Below, in pieces: positions 18,340 through 27,673 of a DNA stretch of 64,000 nucleotides. The stretch comes from Thermoleophilaceae bacterium (lineage in GTDB: Bacteria > Actinomycetota > Thermoleophilia > Solirubrobacterales > Thermoleophilaceae), in NCBI GenBank assembly GCA_036407035.1, contig DASXAA010000219.1:5459-69458 (forward strand), in the 5' to 3' direction. A program made the translations under genes and the position numbers. The notes under the pieces were generated by a model. It searched no databases and was not told the origin of the DNA. It saw only the letters and a program-made list of their open reading frames with translations. Each line of letters opens with the position of its first letter. Positions within the stretch are counted from its first letter, which is position 1.

Positions 18340-19314
18340 CTATACGGCGCCCGCGAGCGCCTCGAGGGTGACGTCGAAGTCGGTCTTCGGGAGCGCGCTG
18401 ACGCAGGGCGACGTGGTGCCGGCGTCGCGGTAGCGCCGCACGGACTGCGCCGCCTCCTCGGCCGAGCCGATCGCGGTCAGCACGTCGAGGAAGCCGTCCG
18501 AGATCGCCGCGGTCGCGGCCTCCGGCCCGCCCTCCTGCATGCCGGCGTCGAAGCCGGCCACGTCGTCGGCGTAGCCGGAGCGCTCGAGCATCGCGCGGTA
18601 GAACGGCAGCGAGAAGTAGGGGATCAGGTCCTGGCGCAGGCGGGAGCGCACCGGTCCGGGCTCGTTCGTGATCGCGGCGGGCACGGCCGCCACGATGTCG
18701 AAGCCGGCGGGGTCCCTGCCTGCCTTGGCGCGGCCCTCGGCGACCGTCGGCACCACCACGTCGCGGATGTAGTCCGGGTTGCAGAGCCAGAGGATCACTC
18801 CGTCGGCGACCTCGCCGGCCAGCCGCAGCATGCCGGGGGAGAGGCCGGCGAGGTAGATCGGGATGTCGGGCCGCGGCTCGTAGTCCATGAAGCGGAAGCC
18901 GGACCGGAACCGCTCGCCCTGCGGCGGGTCCTCGCCGCGGAAGATCGCCCGCACGACGCCGACGTACTCGCGCATCTCGCGCAGCGGCTTGTCGATGCGG
19001 TCGCCGTACCAGCCCTCCACGACCGGCCGGTGTGACACGCCGAGCCCGACGATTGCGCGCCCGCCCGAGAACTCGTCGAGCGTGGCGAACGACTGCGCCA
19101 TCGCGACCGGCGAGCGCGAGTAGATCGGCGTCACGCCGGTGCCGAGCAGGATGCGCTCGGTGCGGGCGGCGTAGGCCATCAGCACCGTGACCGAGTCGCG
19201 GCCGGCGATGTGCGTGACGTAGACGGACTCGTAGCCGAGCCGCTCGGCGTTCTCCACGCGCTGGACGGCCGTCTCGAGCGAGCGCCCGATCGAGATGAAC
19301 GTGCCGAGGGGCAA
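18340..19314 (-). CDS. LLM-class (luciferase-like) F420-dependent oxidoreductase
   Basis: 324 aa with a TTG start. Sequence includes ...ERLGYESVYVTHIAGRDSVTVLMAYAARTERILLGTGVTPIYSRSP...GGRAIVGLGVSH..., typical of the luciferase-like monooxygenase TIM barrel. Confidence 0.85.
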   Translation of the reverse strand: MPLGTFISIGRSLETAVQRVENAERLGYESVYVTHIAGRDSVTVLMAYAARTERILLGTGVTPIYSRSPVAMAQSFATLDEFSGGRAIVGLGVSHRPVVEGWYGDRIDKPLREMREYVGVVRAIFRGEDPPQGERFRSGFRFMDYEPRPDIPIYLAGLSPGMLRLAGEVADGVILWLCNPDYIRDVVVPTVAEGRAKAGRDPAGFDIVAAVPAAITNEPGPVRSRLRQDLIPYFSLPFYRAMLERSGYADDVAGFDAGMQEGGPEAATAAISDGFLDVLTAIGSAEEAAQSVRRYRDAGTTSPCVSALPKTDFDVTLEALAGAV

Positions 19315-19348
19315 GGCGGCGCAAGCCTATAGCTACGCTGCGGCTCGC

Positions 19349-19924
19349 GTGATCGGAGGGGCGGGACCAGTTACCGGCGCCGTGCTCGCGGGCGGCGCGG
19401 GACGGCGGATGGGCGGCTCGAAGTCGGCTCGGCTGCTCGCCGGGAGTCCGCTCGTCTCGTACCCGGTCGCGGCACTCGCTGCCGTGTGCACGCGGGTGGC
19501 CGTGGTGTGCAAGGCGGGCACGGAGCTCCCCGAGCTCACGGGCGCCGAGCGCTGGGACGAGCCAGACGAGGCACAGCATCCGCGCACCGGCATCGTGCAC
19601 GCGCTCGAGCGCGCCGGCGGGCCGGTGCTCGTGTGCGCCGCCGACATGCCGTTCGTCACGCCGGACGCATGCCTGACGCTGCTCCAGGCCGCCGGCAGCA
19701 CGGCCGCGGTGGTCGCCACCTCCGAGGGCCGACTGCAGCCGGTGTTCGGCCTCTACGCGCCGGCCGCGCTCGGCGCGCTCCGCGACGCCGCGCCCGACGC
19801 GCCGCTCACGGAGACCGTGGAGGCGCTCGACCCGGTGCGGGTGGCGCTGCCGCCGACGCTCGTGCGCAGCGTGAACACGGCCGCGGAGCTCGAGGAGGCG
19901 GAGGCGCTGCTCGGCGCCCCATAG
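19349..19924 (+). CDS. mobA: molybdenum cofactor guanylyltransferase (MobA-like NTP transferase)
   Basis: GTG 19349 opens VIGGAGPVTGAVLAGGAGRRMGGSKSARLL (the LAGGxxxRMG motif). ...VLVCAADMPFVTPD follows. Confidence 0.75.
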   Translation: MIGGAGPVTGAVLAGGAGRRMGGSKSARLLAGSPLVSYPVAALAAVCTRVAVVCKAGTELPELTGAERWDEPDEAQHPRTGIVHALERAGGPVLVCAADMPFVTPDACLTLLQAAGSTAAVVATSEGRLQPVFGLYAPAALGALRDAAPDAPLTETVEALDPVRVALPPTLVRSVNTAAELEEAEALLGAP

Positions 19925-19935
19925 AGTCTCGGCCC

Positions 19936-20532
19936 GTGCTGCTCTACAACTCGCAGATCTCGGGCAACTGCTACAAGGTTCGGCTGCTGCTGGCCCACCT
20001 CGGCGTCGAGTACGAGCGTCGCGAGGTGGACGTGCTCGACCGCTCGGACCGGGGCGACCTGCTGGGGGACCTGAACCCGGCGCTGAGCGTCCCCACGCTC
20101 GTGCTCGACGACGGCCGGCCGCTCGGGGAGTCGAACGCGATTCTCTGCTACTTCGCCCGGGGCACGCCGTACCTCCCCGACGATCGCTACGAACGCGCAC
20201 AGGCGCTGCAGTGGATGTTCTTCGAGCAGTACAGCCACGAGCCGTACATCGCGGTCGTGCGGTTCCTCGTGTCCTACTCGGGCGATCCTCCCGCCGAGGA
20301 CGAGCTGGAGCCGAGGCGCAGCGCGGGCTACCGCGCGCTCGACGCGATGGAGCGCCACCTCGAGGACAGGGCGTTCCTCGTCGGCGAGGACTTCACCGTC
20401 GCGGACATCTCGCTCTACGCCTACACGCACGTGGCGGACGAGGGCGGCTTCGACCTCGGCGGGTACCCCGCCGTGCGCGCCTGGCTCGACCGGGTTGCAG
20501 CGCAGCCGGGGCACGTCCCGATGGCGGCCTGA
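19936..20532 (+). CDS. glutathione S-transferase
   Basis: GTG 19936 opens VLLYNSQISGNCYKVRLLLAHLGVEYERREVDVL...SVPTLVLDDGRPLGESNAILCYF. The canonical GST N- and C-domains are present. 198 aa. Confidence 0.85.
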   Translation: MLLYNSQISGNCYKVRLLLAHLGVEYERREVDVLDRSDRGDLLGDLNPALSVPTLVLDDGRPLGESNAILCYFARGTPYLPDDRYERAQALQWMFFEQYSHEPYIAVVRFLVSYSGDPPAEDELEPRRSAGYRALDAMERHLEDRAFLVGEDFTVADISLYAYTHVADEGGFDLGGYPAVRAWLDRVAAQPGHVPMAA

Positions 20533-20627
20533 CGCGGGGCGCAATTCCTCCGGTGGGCGCCCGAAAACCCTAGTGTTGCGGCTGGGAATCTCCTGCGGCA
20601 CATTCGATCCCGACAAGGAGGACGAAC

Positions 20628-20993
20628 ATGGCGGACAAGGTGGTGATCAACCTGGCCACCGGACTCGAGGACGCCGAGCGCGTGACGATCGCGTTTCTGA
20701 CCGGAGGCGCCGCGGTCGAGAAGGGCAAGACGGTGACGATGTTCCTGACCAAGGACGCGGTCCGGTTGGCACTCCCAGGCCACGCCGAGGGGGAGGCCTG
20801 CGACGGCTGCCCCCCGCTCGAGCGGCTGTTCCAGCAGTACGCGGACGGCGGCGGCGAGCTGCTCGTCTGCCCGATCTGCTTCGCCGCCCGCAAGCTCGAC
20901 GAGTCCGAGCTGGTCGCCCACGCGCGCCTCGGCGGCGCCACGCCGCTGTGGGACTGGATCGGCGACGACGGCGCGACGGTCTTCAGCTACTGA
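20628..20993 (+). CDS. DsrE/DsrF-like (DrsE_2-type) sulfur-relay-fold protein
   Basis: AAGGAGG-N6-ATG, 121 aa. MADKVVINLATGLEDAERVTIAFLTGGAAVEKGKTVTMFLTKDAV with Cys motifs CDGC and CPIC. Confidence 0.75.
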   Translation: MADKVVINLATGLEDAERVTIAFLTGGAAVEKGKTVTMFLTKDAVRLALPGHAEGEACDGCPPLERLFQQYADGGGELLVCPICFAARKLDESELVAHARLGGATPLWDWIGDDGATVFSY

Positions 20994-21006
20994 CAGGAGA
21001 CGAACG

Positions 21007-22338
21007 ATGAACCAAGAGCACAAGCCGGCCTCGTTCCACGCATCGCCCACCGAGGCTTTGCAGGCGCCGGCCGAGGAGTTCCTGTACCTGGCGTGTCTGC
21101 ACGAGGGGACGGGGGTGGAGGAGCCGGACTTCATCGCGGTGGTGGACGCTGCGAGCGGCGAGATCGTGCATGAGACGGCGATGCCGAACACGGGTGACGA
21201 GTTGCACCATTTCGGCTGGAATCGCTGTAGCTCTGCCTGCCACGGGCCGGATCGCTCGCATCTGATCGTGCCGGGTTTCCGTTCGTCGCGGATCCACATC
21301 CTCGACGTTGCCTCCGACCCGCGCCAACCGCGGATCGAGAAGGTGATCGAGCCCGAGGAGGTGGTCGAGCAGACCGGTCTGACGCGGCCGCACACGGTGC
21401 ATTGCATGCCGGGCGACAACGTCGTGATCAGCATGCTGGGCGACAGCGAGGGCAATCGCGCCGGCGGTTTCGCGGTGCTCGATGCGAAGACGTTCGAGAT
21501 CAAGGGGCGTTGGGAGAACGGTGGCGAGCGGCCGCCGTTCAACTACGACTTCTGGTACCAGCCGCGTAAGAACGTGCTGGTCTCGTCCGAGTTCGGCGAG
21601 CCGAACGCCTATGAGCCGGGCTTCGACATCGAGGATGTCGGCGCCGGCCGCTATGGGCAGCGGCTGCACTTCTGGAACCTCGAGGAGCGGACGCTCGAGC
21701 AGACGATCGATTTGGGCGAGGCGGGGCTGATCCCGCTCGAGGTGCGCTGGCTGCACGACCCGGACGCCGACGAGGGCTTCGTCGGGGCGGCGCTGTCGAG
21801 CAACATGTTCCGCTGGCAGCGCCAGAACGGCTCCTACCAGGCCGACAAGGTGATCGACGTCGACAACGAGGAGCTCGAGGGCTGGCCGCTGCCGGGCGGC
21901 GTGCCGGGCCTGATCACGGACCTGTTGGTGTCGATGGACGACCGCTTCCTCTACTTCTCCAACTGGCTCCACGGCGACCTGCGCCAGTACGACATCTCGG
22001 ACCCCGCCAGCCCGAAGCTGACCGGCCAGGTATGGCTCGGCGGGCTGCTCGGCAAGCCGGGCGACGCGGGCCGCGAGCTGAACGGCGGCCCGCAGATGAT
22101 CCAGCTGTCGCTCGACGGCCGCCGCCTGTACGTGACGAACTCGCTCTACTCGACCTGGGACAACCAGTTCTACCCCGGCCTGCGCTCCTGGATGCTGCGC
22201 GTCAACTGCGACCCGGACGGCGGCATGGAGGTCGACCCCGACTTCTTCGTCGACCTCGACGACCGCCCCGGCGGCCCCGCCCGCGCCCACGAGGTGCGAC
22301 TGCAGGGCGGCGACTGCACCACCGAGATATTCCAGTGA
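21007..22338 (+). CDS. selenium-binding protein 56 family (methanethiol oxidase family)
   Basis: 443 aa. Full-length resemblance to SBP56/SELENBP1: ...HHFGWNRCSSACHG..., ...PHTVHCMPGDNVVISMLGD..., ...FWYQPRKNVLVSSEFG..., ...LYVTNSLYSTWDNQFYP.... Confidence 0.9.
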   Translation: MNQEHKPASFHASPTEALQAPAEEFLYLACLHEGTGVEEPDFIAVVDAASGEIVHETAMPNTGDELHHFGWNRCSSACHGPDRSHLIVPGFRSSRIHILDVASDPRQPRIEKVIEPEEVVEQTGLTRPHTVHCMPGDNVVISMLGDSEGNRAGGFAVLDAKTFEIKGRWENGGERPPFNYDFWYQPRKNVLVSSEFGEPNAYEPGFDIEDVGAGRYGQRLHFWNLEERTLEQTIDLGEAGLIPLEVRWLHDPDADEGFVGAALSSNMFRWQRQNGSYQADKVIDVDNEELEGWPLPGGVPGLITDLLVSMDDRFLYFSNWLHGDLRQYDISDPASPKLTGQVWLGGLLGKPGDAGRELNGGPQMIQLSLDGRRLYVTNSLYSTWDNQFYPGLRSWMLRVNCDPDGGMEVDPDFFVDLDDRPGGPARAHEVRLQGGDCTTEIFQ

Positions 22339-22565
22339 TCGACGTCCCGCTCGCCCACATCGGAGGGATGCCGGTCGAGGAGACGCTCGGCATGTACGGG
22401 CCGGGACTCCTGCTCGCCGCCGGCGCGGCGACCGCGTCGCTCAGCGCGCGCGTGCGCCGCCTCCGGCGGCGGGCGTCAGGCGTCGGTGTCGCACGCGTAC
22501 CGGAAGGGCGAGGTGTTGAGCTTGCCGGTGGCCGCGATCTCCCGGACCGCGGCGCCGTCGAGTAG
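22335..22565 (+). CDS. candidate small membrane protein translationally coupled to SBP56 gene
   Basis: GTGA overlap with the SBP56 stop. VIDVPLAHIGGMPVEETLGMYGPGLLLAAGAATASLSARVRRLRRR has one TM helix plus a basic anchor. GC3 is near 100% for about 47 codons. It decays exactly where the convergent gene (stop 22476) begins. No earlier stop exists, so the tail overlaps that gene. Confidence 0.4.
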   Translation: MIDVPLAHIGGMPVEETLGMYGPGLLLAAGAATASLSARVRRLRRRASGVGVARVPEGRGVELAGGRDLPDRGAVE

Positions 22566-23549
22566 CCGGAACCGCGCCTGGAAGTGAGCGCTCGTCGGGT
22601 AGCCGACCCAGATCGGCACGATCAGCGTCTGGGTGTCGGTGTCCTCGACGCGTAGGTCGATCGTCGTGCCCGTGCCGACCAGCAGTGCGCCCTCCACGTC
22701 CGGGTTGTAGAGGGCGTACTGCAGGCGCGGTCGCCGGTCGCGATAGCCGTCGAGGGCGACCTCGAGCCAGACGACGAGGCCGACCTCGCGGCGGTCGATC
22801 ATGGGGATCCGGCGCACGTCGGCGCCTGTCTTCTGCGCGTACTCGCCGCGGGTGATGCGCGCGAGCACCTCGCGCACGGCGAGGTTCGCCCGCGTCGTGG
22901 GCGGCTCGCGCACGCCGGCGCCGGGGATGAACTGCACGGCCAGGCCCGCCAGCCCGCTGACGATCGCGACCAGCGTGGCGGTCACCTCGAGCGGGCGAAG
23001 GGCGGCCTCCCGCTCGGGCTTCCTCCGCTTGAGCACGTAGACGCCGATCGCGATCGCGGCGGCCGCCGCGCCCACGGCCAGGGCGATCCAGCCGTACGAG
23101 CCTCCCTCGTCGTTGCCCACCGAGCCGCCGACGGCGAGCATCTTGCTGTTGGGTGGCCGGTCCTTGCGCTTGCAAGTGTTCGCGGCCTCCGCCTCCTTCA
23201 CGCTCACCGGTCGCATGGCCGGGTTGCCGAAGCCCGGGTTGCGCCGGCTGGCCTGCTCGTCGTCGGGATCGCCGTCGGGGACCTCCTCGGGGACGGTCTC
23301 CGCCCGCACGGTCTCGGTCTCCGTGGGGGTCGTCTCCGTCGCCGGTGGGGCGTCCGACAGAGGCAGCTCGGGTGCGACCACCAGGTCGGGGTTCACGATC
23401 GGCCCGGCCTGCCCGAGCGCCGCCGGCGGCGCGATCGCAAGGAGGAGCGCGCTCCCGGCCGCGGCGAGGAGCGTGCGCGCGGCGCCACTCCTGGACGGGT
23501 GTTCTCTACCGATGGAGACAACTTGAACACTTTTCGGTGGCGTGATCAA
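22476..23549 (-). CDS. hypothetical membrane protein with acidic Thr/Pro-rich N-terminal region
   Basis: Likely TTG start at 23549, because there is no ATG/GTG nearer the signal-like AARTLLAAAGSALLLAIAPPAALGQA. Two further TM helices are present (GWIALAVGAAAAAIAIGVYVL and VTATLVAIVSGLAGLAVQFI). The C-terminal domain is beta-rich. Confidence 0.55.
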   Translation of the reverse strand: MITPPKSVQVVSIGREHPSRSGAARTLLAAAGSALLLAIAPPAALGQAGPIVNPDLVVAPELPLSDAPPATETTPTETETVRAETVPEEVPDGDPDDEQASRRNPGFGNPAMRPVSVKEAEAANTCKRKDRPPNSKMLAVGGSVGNDEGGSYGWIALAVGAAAAAIAIGVYVLKRRKPEREAALRPLEVTATLVAIVSGLAGLAVQFIPGAGVREPPTTRANLAVREVLARITRGEYAQKTGADVRRIPMIDRREVGLVVWLEVALDGYRDRRPRLQYALYNPDVEGALLVGTGTTIDLRVEDTDTQTLIVPIWVGYPTSAHFQARFRLLDGAAVREIAATGKLNTSPFRYACDTDA

Positions 23550-23587
23550 GCAGACCCCAAACGCCGCAGGGCCCACCGTCAGGGGCA

Positions 23588-23603
23588 ACTGGTCTAGACC
23601 AGT
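23588..23603. promoter_or_regulatory. DasR/NagR-type (GntR/HutC) operator, dre-like
   Basis: ACTGGTCTAGACCAGT is a perfect 16-bp palindrome. It is identical to the Streptomyces dre consensus A(C/G)TGGTCTAGACCA(C/G)T. It sits 54 bp upstream of the GH20 start and is followed by the -10-like TACATT (23608-23613). Confidence 0.75.
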
Positions 23604-23656
23604 CTTGCTACATTGGCGCGACCCCAACAGCTCGCAGCGCGGGAGGAGGATGCGCG

Positions 23657-25219
23657 ATGACTGCAAGGTGGTTCGTCGTAGGCCTGGTGGGAGTGATGCT
23701 CCTCGCCATGGCGGGACCGGCGGCGGCGTCGGTGGACGTGATCCCGAAGCCGGCCTCGGTCGAGCAGCGGGCGCACGATTCCTTCGCGCTGACCGCGGAC
23801 ACGAGGATCGTCGTGAGGCACCGCTCGCGGGATGCCGCCCCGGTGGCGGGTGACCTCGCGAGGCTGCTCCGCCGGTCGACCGGATACCGGCTGCCGGTCG
23901 TCTGGAAGTCGAACCGCCACCACCCCGAGATCTCCCTGAAGCTCACGCGGTCGCAGCCGGTCGGACGCGAGGGTTACGTCCTGCGCACGTCGCGCCACGA
24001 AGTGCGCATCAAGGCGCGCACCGCGGCGGGCCTCTACCACGGCGTGCAGACCTTGCGCCAGCTGCTGCCCGCGAAGGTCGAGAGCGGCACGGCCCGGCCC
24101 GGCCCGTGGCGGGTGCCGGGAGTGCGCATCCAGGACGAGCCGCGCTTCCGCTGGCGCGGCGCCCACCTGGACGTGTCGCGCCACTTCTTCTCCGTGCCCG
24201 AGGTCGAGCGCTACATCGACCTGATCTCGCAGTACAAGGACAACGTCCTCCACCTGCACCTGAGCGACGACCAGGGCTGGCGGATCGTGATCGACAGCTG
24301 GCCGCGGCTCGCCACCTTCGGTGGCAGCACCGAGGTCGGCGGCGGCCCCGGCGGCTACTACACGAAGCGCGACTACCGCGAGATCGTCCGCTACGCGGCC
24401 GAGCACTACATCACGGTCGTCCCGGAGATCGATACGCCGGGCCACACCAACGCCGCGCTCGCCTCGTACGCGGACCTGAACTGCGACGGCATGGCGCCGC
24501 CGCTGTACACGGGCACCGACGTCGGCTTCAGCTCGCTCTGCGTCGACAAGGAGATCACCTACCGCTTCCTCGACGACGTGGTCCGCGAGCTCGCCGCACT
24601 CACGCCGGGCGCGTACCTGCACATGGGCGGCGACGAGGCGCACTCCACGACGGAGGCCGACTACAAGCAGTTCATCCAGCGCCTCCAGGGCATCGTCACC
24701 ACCCACGACAAGCGGCTGATCGGCTGGGAGGAGATCGTGCAGGCGCCGCCGCTGCCGCCCGGCACGCTGGCCCAGCACTGGAGCCCGGCCACCGGCTCCG
24801 AGCCGGGCACCGAGCTGGCGCGAGAGGCGGTGGCGCAGGGCGTAAAGCTCGTGATGTCGCCGGCCAACCACGCCTACCTCGACATGAAGTACGACGAGAA
24901 CACGCCGCTCGGCCTCTCGTGGGCCGGGTTCGTCGAGGTGCGCGACTCGTACGAGTGGGACCCCGCCACGATCGTCGACGGGGTCGGCGAGAACGACGTC
25001 GAAGGAGTGGAGTCGGCGCTCTGGAGCGAGACGCTCGAGGACATCTCCGACATCGAGTTCATGGCGTTCCCGCGCCTGCCCGGCATCGCGGAGATCGGAT
25101 GGTCGCCGCGCACCGGCCGCAACTGGGACGAGTACCGGCTGCGGCTGGCCGCGCAGGCACCGCGGTGGGAGATCGAGGGCGTGAACTTCTACCGCTCGCC
25201 CCAGGTGCCGTGGCGATGA
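23657..25219 (+). CDS. beta-N-acetylhexosaminidase (GH20), secreted
   Basis: GGGAGGAGG RBS and signal peptide MTARWFVVGLVGVMLLAMAGPAAAS. GH20 core: RWRGAHLDVSRHFF...LHLHLSDDQGWRI...PEIDTPGHTNAAL...GGDEA. Confidence 0.9.
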   Translation: MTARWFVVGLVGVMLLAMAGPAAASVDVIPKPASVEQRAHDSFALTADTRIVVRHRSRDAAPVAGDLARLLRRSTGYRLPVVWKSNRHHPEISLKLTRSQPVGREGYVLRTSRHEVRIKARTAAGLYHGVQTLRQLLPAKVESGTARPGPWRVPGVRIQDEPRFRWRGAHLDVSRHFFSVPEVERYIDLISQYKDNVLHLHLSDDQGWRIVIDSWPRLATFGGSTEVGGGPGGYYTKRDYREIVRYAAEHYITVVPEIDTPGHTNAALASYADLNCDGMAPPLYTGTDVGFSSLCVDKEITYRFLDDVVRELAALTPGAYLHMGGDEAHSTTEADYKQFIQRLQGIVTTHDKRLIGWEEIVQAPPLPPGTLAQHWSPATGSEPGTELAREAVAQGVKLVMSPANHAYLDMKYDENTPLGLSWAGFVEVRDSYEWDPATIVDGVGENDVEGVESALWSETLEDISDIEFMAFPRLPGIAEIGWSPRTGRNWDEYRLRLAAQAPRWEIEGVNFYRSPQVPWR

Positions 25220-27060
25220 TTCCCCGGCGACTCCTGCTCCCGCTCCTCGTGCTGGGCCTCGCGCTCGCGGCGCTGCCTCCGGCAGCGGCCGCGAGCGTCC
25301 GGCACGGCGGTTGGATCGACTCGAAGCTGCGCCGGATGTCGCTCGAGGAGAAGGTCGGCCAGCTGTTCGTCGCGAACGTCTACGGGCGCTCGGCCGACAC
25401 GACCGATCCGGACGACGTCGCCGCCAACCAGGCGATGTACGGGCCGGACATCCGCAACGCCCGTGACCTGATCCGGCGCTACAGGATCGGCGGGATCGTC
25501 TACTTCCGCTGGACCCACAACCTGGGCGAGCCGGAGCAGATCGCCCGCCTCTCGAACGGGATCCAGCTGGCGGCCCTGCGCCATGGCGCGCACGTCCCGC
25601 TGCTGATCTCGACCGACGAGGAGCACGGCGTGGTCTCGCGCGTGTGGTCGCCGGCAACGGAGTTCCCGGGGAACATGACGGTCGGCGCGACCCGCCGGCC
25701 TCGCGACGCGTTCGACACCGGAGCGGTCACGGCGAGCGAGCTGAGGGCGCTCGGCATCAACCAGAACTACGCGCCGGTCGCCGACGTGAACGTGAACCCG
25801 CTCAACCCGGTGATCGGCGTGCGCTCGTTCGGGGAGAACCCGGGGCTCGTGTCCGAGATGACGGCCGCCGCGGTCAGGGGCACCCAGGGCGAGGGCGAGA
25901 TCGCGACGCTCAAGCACTTCCCCGGCCACGGCGACACCGTGACCGACAGCCACACCGGCGTGCCGTGGATCTTCCACGACAGGCAGCGGTGGGAGCAGAC
26001 CGACGCGCCGCCGTTCCGCGCCGGAATCGCGGCCGGCGTGGACGTGATCATGACCGCGCACGTGATCATGCCCGAGCTCCAGAGCGACTGTGACGTGGAC
26101 ACCCAGGAGGGCTGCGATCCGGCCACGCTCGACCCGGAGATCCTCACCGGGCTGCTGCGGGACGAGCTCGGCTTCCGCGGCGTCGTCGTCACCGACGCGC
26201 TCAACATGGCGGGCGTGCGCGAGAAGTACGGCGACGACCGCGTCCCGGTGCTGGCGCTGAAGGCCGGCGCCGACATGCCGATGATGGTCGACCAGCCGAC
26301 CGACACCGTGAGCCTCGAGGTCGCGTACCGCGCGGTGCTCGACGCCGTGAGGAGCGGCGAGCTGAGCGAGCGCCGGATCGACCAGTCCGTGCGCCGCGTG
26401 CTCGCGCTGAAGAAGAAGCGCGGGCTGCTCAGGCACCCGCTCGTCAGCCCGCGCAAGGCGGAGCGCCGACTGGGCACGCGCTCGCACGTGGCGACGGCGG
26501 AGCGGGTGGCCGGCGACGGCGTGACGCTGATCCGCAACGACGCCGGGCTCCTGCCCCTCGGCCCCGCGGCGGGCCGGCGCGTGCTCGTGACGGGCTACCG
26601 CCTGGTGTCCGAGAGCACGGACGCCCGGCCGGCGGAGCACCTCGCGGCGGCGCTAGGGCGCCTCGGATTCGCGACCGACCTCTTCGAGACCGGCACGGCG
26701 CCGTCCGCCGCGGCGATCGCCGGCGCGGTCGAGAGGGCGGGGGCCAGCGACCTGGTGGTGGTGGCGACCGCGAACGCCTCAGGCTCGGCATCGCAGCAGC
26801 GGCTGGTGAACGCCCTGGTAGGGACCGGCAAGCCCGTGGCGGTGGTCGCGACCCGCAACCCGTACGACATCGCGAACCTGCCGCAGGTGCGCACCTACCT
26901 GGCCACGTACTCGTGGACGAGGCCGGCGATGAACGCGACGGCGCGCGTGCTCGCGGGGGAGACCAACCCGACCGGCAGGCTGCCGGTGCACATCCCGGCC
27001 GCGGACGACCCGACCGCAACGCTGTACCCGTACGGGTTCGGCCTGGGCTACGGGGGTTAG
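25216..27060 (+). CDS. glycoside hydrolase family 3 (NagZ-like beta-N-acetylglucosaminidase), secreted
   Basis: ATGA overlap with the GH20 stop and signal peptide MIPRRLLLPLLVLGLALAALPPAAAA. GH3 motifs are KHFPGHGDTVTDSHTG and GVVVTDALNMAG, plus a C-terminal alpha/beta sandwich domain. Confidence 0.9.
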   Translation: MIPRRLLLPLLVLGLALAALPPAAAASVRHGGWIDSKLRRMSLEEKVGQLFVANVYGRSADTTDPDDVAANQAMYGPDIRNARDLIRRYRIGGIVYFRWTHNLGEPEQIARLSNGIQLAALRHGAHVPLLISTDEEHGVVSRVWSPATEFPGNMTVGATRRPRDAFDTGAVTASELRALGINQNYAPVADVNVNPLNPVIGVRSFGENPGLVSEMTAAAVRGTQGEGEIATLKHFPGHGDTVTDSHTGVPWIFHDRQRWEQTDAPPFRAGIAAGVDVIMTAHVIMPELQSDCDVDTQEGCDPATLDPEILTGLLRDELGFRGVVVTDALNMAGVREKYGDDRVPVLALKAGADMPMMVDQPTDTVSLEVAYRAVLDAVRSGELSERRIDQSVRRVLALKKKRGLLRHPLVSPRKAERRLGTRSHVATAERVAGDGVTLIRNDAGLLPLGPAAGRRVLVTGYRLVSESTDARPAEHLAAALGRLGFATDLFETGTAPSAAAIAGAVERAGASDLVVVATANASGSASQQRLVNALVGTGKPVAVVATRNPYDIANLPQVRTYLATYSWTRPAMNATARVLAGETNPTGRLPVHIPAADDPTATLYPYGFGLGYGG

Positions 27061-27509
27061 CGCTCGCGCGGCGACGCGTGCGCGCGGCTCGAGCTGTGCG
27101 GCGCCGGCGGGCGCCGCGCGGCTTCGAGCGCCTCCTCCCGCGTGGCGTACTCCCTCACCTCGACGATCCGGTCGTCGTCGCCGAACGCGTACACGCAGGC
27201 GTAGTGGATCTCGCTGGTGACCTGGCTGCCCTTGCCGGTGCCGATCCCTACCTGGACGCAGACAAGGCGGTCGCCCACCTCGATCGCCTCCTCGATCTTG
27301 CTCGCCCCGGTGTCGAAGTCGAAGCTGTCGAGCCAGTCCTGCATGTAGCGCCGCACGCCCTGGTGGCCGCGGTACGTGCCGGAGTCGGGCGCGCCCTCGA
27401 TCGTCGTCCAGACGATCTCGGGGTCGAGCAGCTCGAAGACGACGTCGAAGTCGCCGCGGGCCCAGCCATCGTTGTAGAGGCGCGCGACGAGGCTCAGCCG
27501 CTCGAACAT
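27057..27509 (-). CDS. SnoaL-like / NTF2-fold protein
   Basis: GGAGG-N1-ATG at 27509, 150 aa. MFERLSLVARLYNDGWARGDFDVVFELLDPEIVWTTIEG...RIVEVREYATREEALEAA. The remainder of the 511-aa track ORF is shadow. Confidence 0.75.
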   Translation of the reverse strand: MFERLSLVARLYNDGWARGDFDVVFELLDPEIVWTTIEGAPDSGTYRGHQGVRRYMQDWLDSFDFDTGASKIEEAIEVGDRLVCVQVGIGTGKGSQVTSEIHYACVYAFGDDDRIVEVREYATREEALEAARRPPAPHSSSRAHASPRER

Positions 27510-27628
27510 CCTCCGATTGTGCCGGATCGCCTTCGCGGACCCGCCGAGGCCCACTCCCGCGGCGCCGCCCGCTCGTCCCTGAGCGAGGCGGCACCGCGGG
27601 TCCGGGCTCCCCCCGGAGCGTCGCGTTG

Positions 27629-27664
27629 GCAGCGGCGCGTTTACTTCCCCCGGCGCGCCGCTGC
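27629..27664 (-). terminator. GC-rich hairpin downstream of the Lys-rich secreted protein gene
   Basis: GCAGCGGCGCG-N14-CGCGCCGCTGC is an 11-bp perfect stem starting 10 nt after the stop at 27674 (minus strand). There is no U-tract, and GC-rich stems are frequent in this genome. Confidence 0.35.
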
Positions 27665-27673
27665 GGTGGACGC

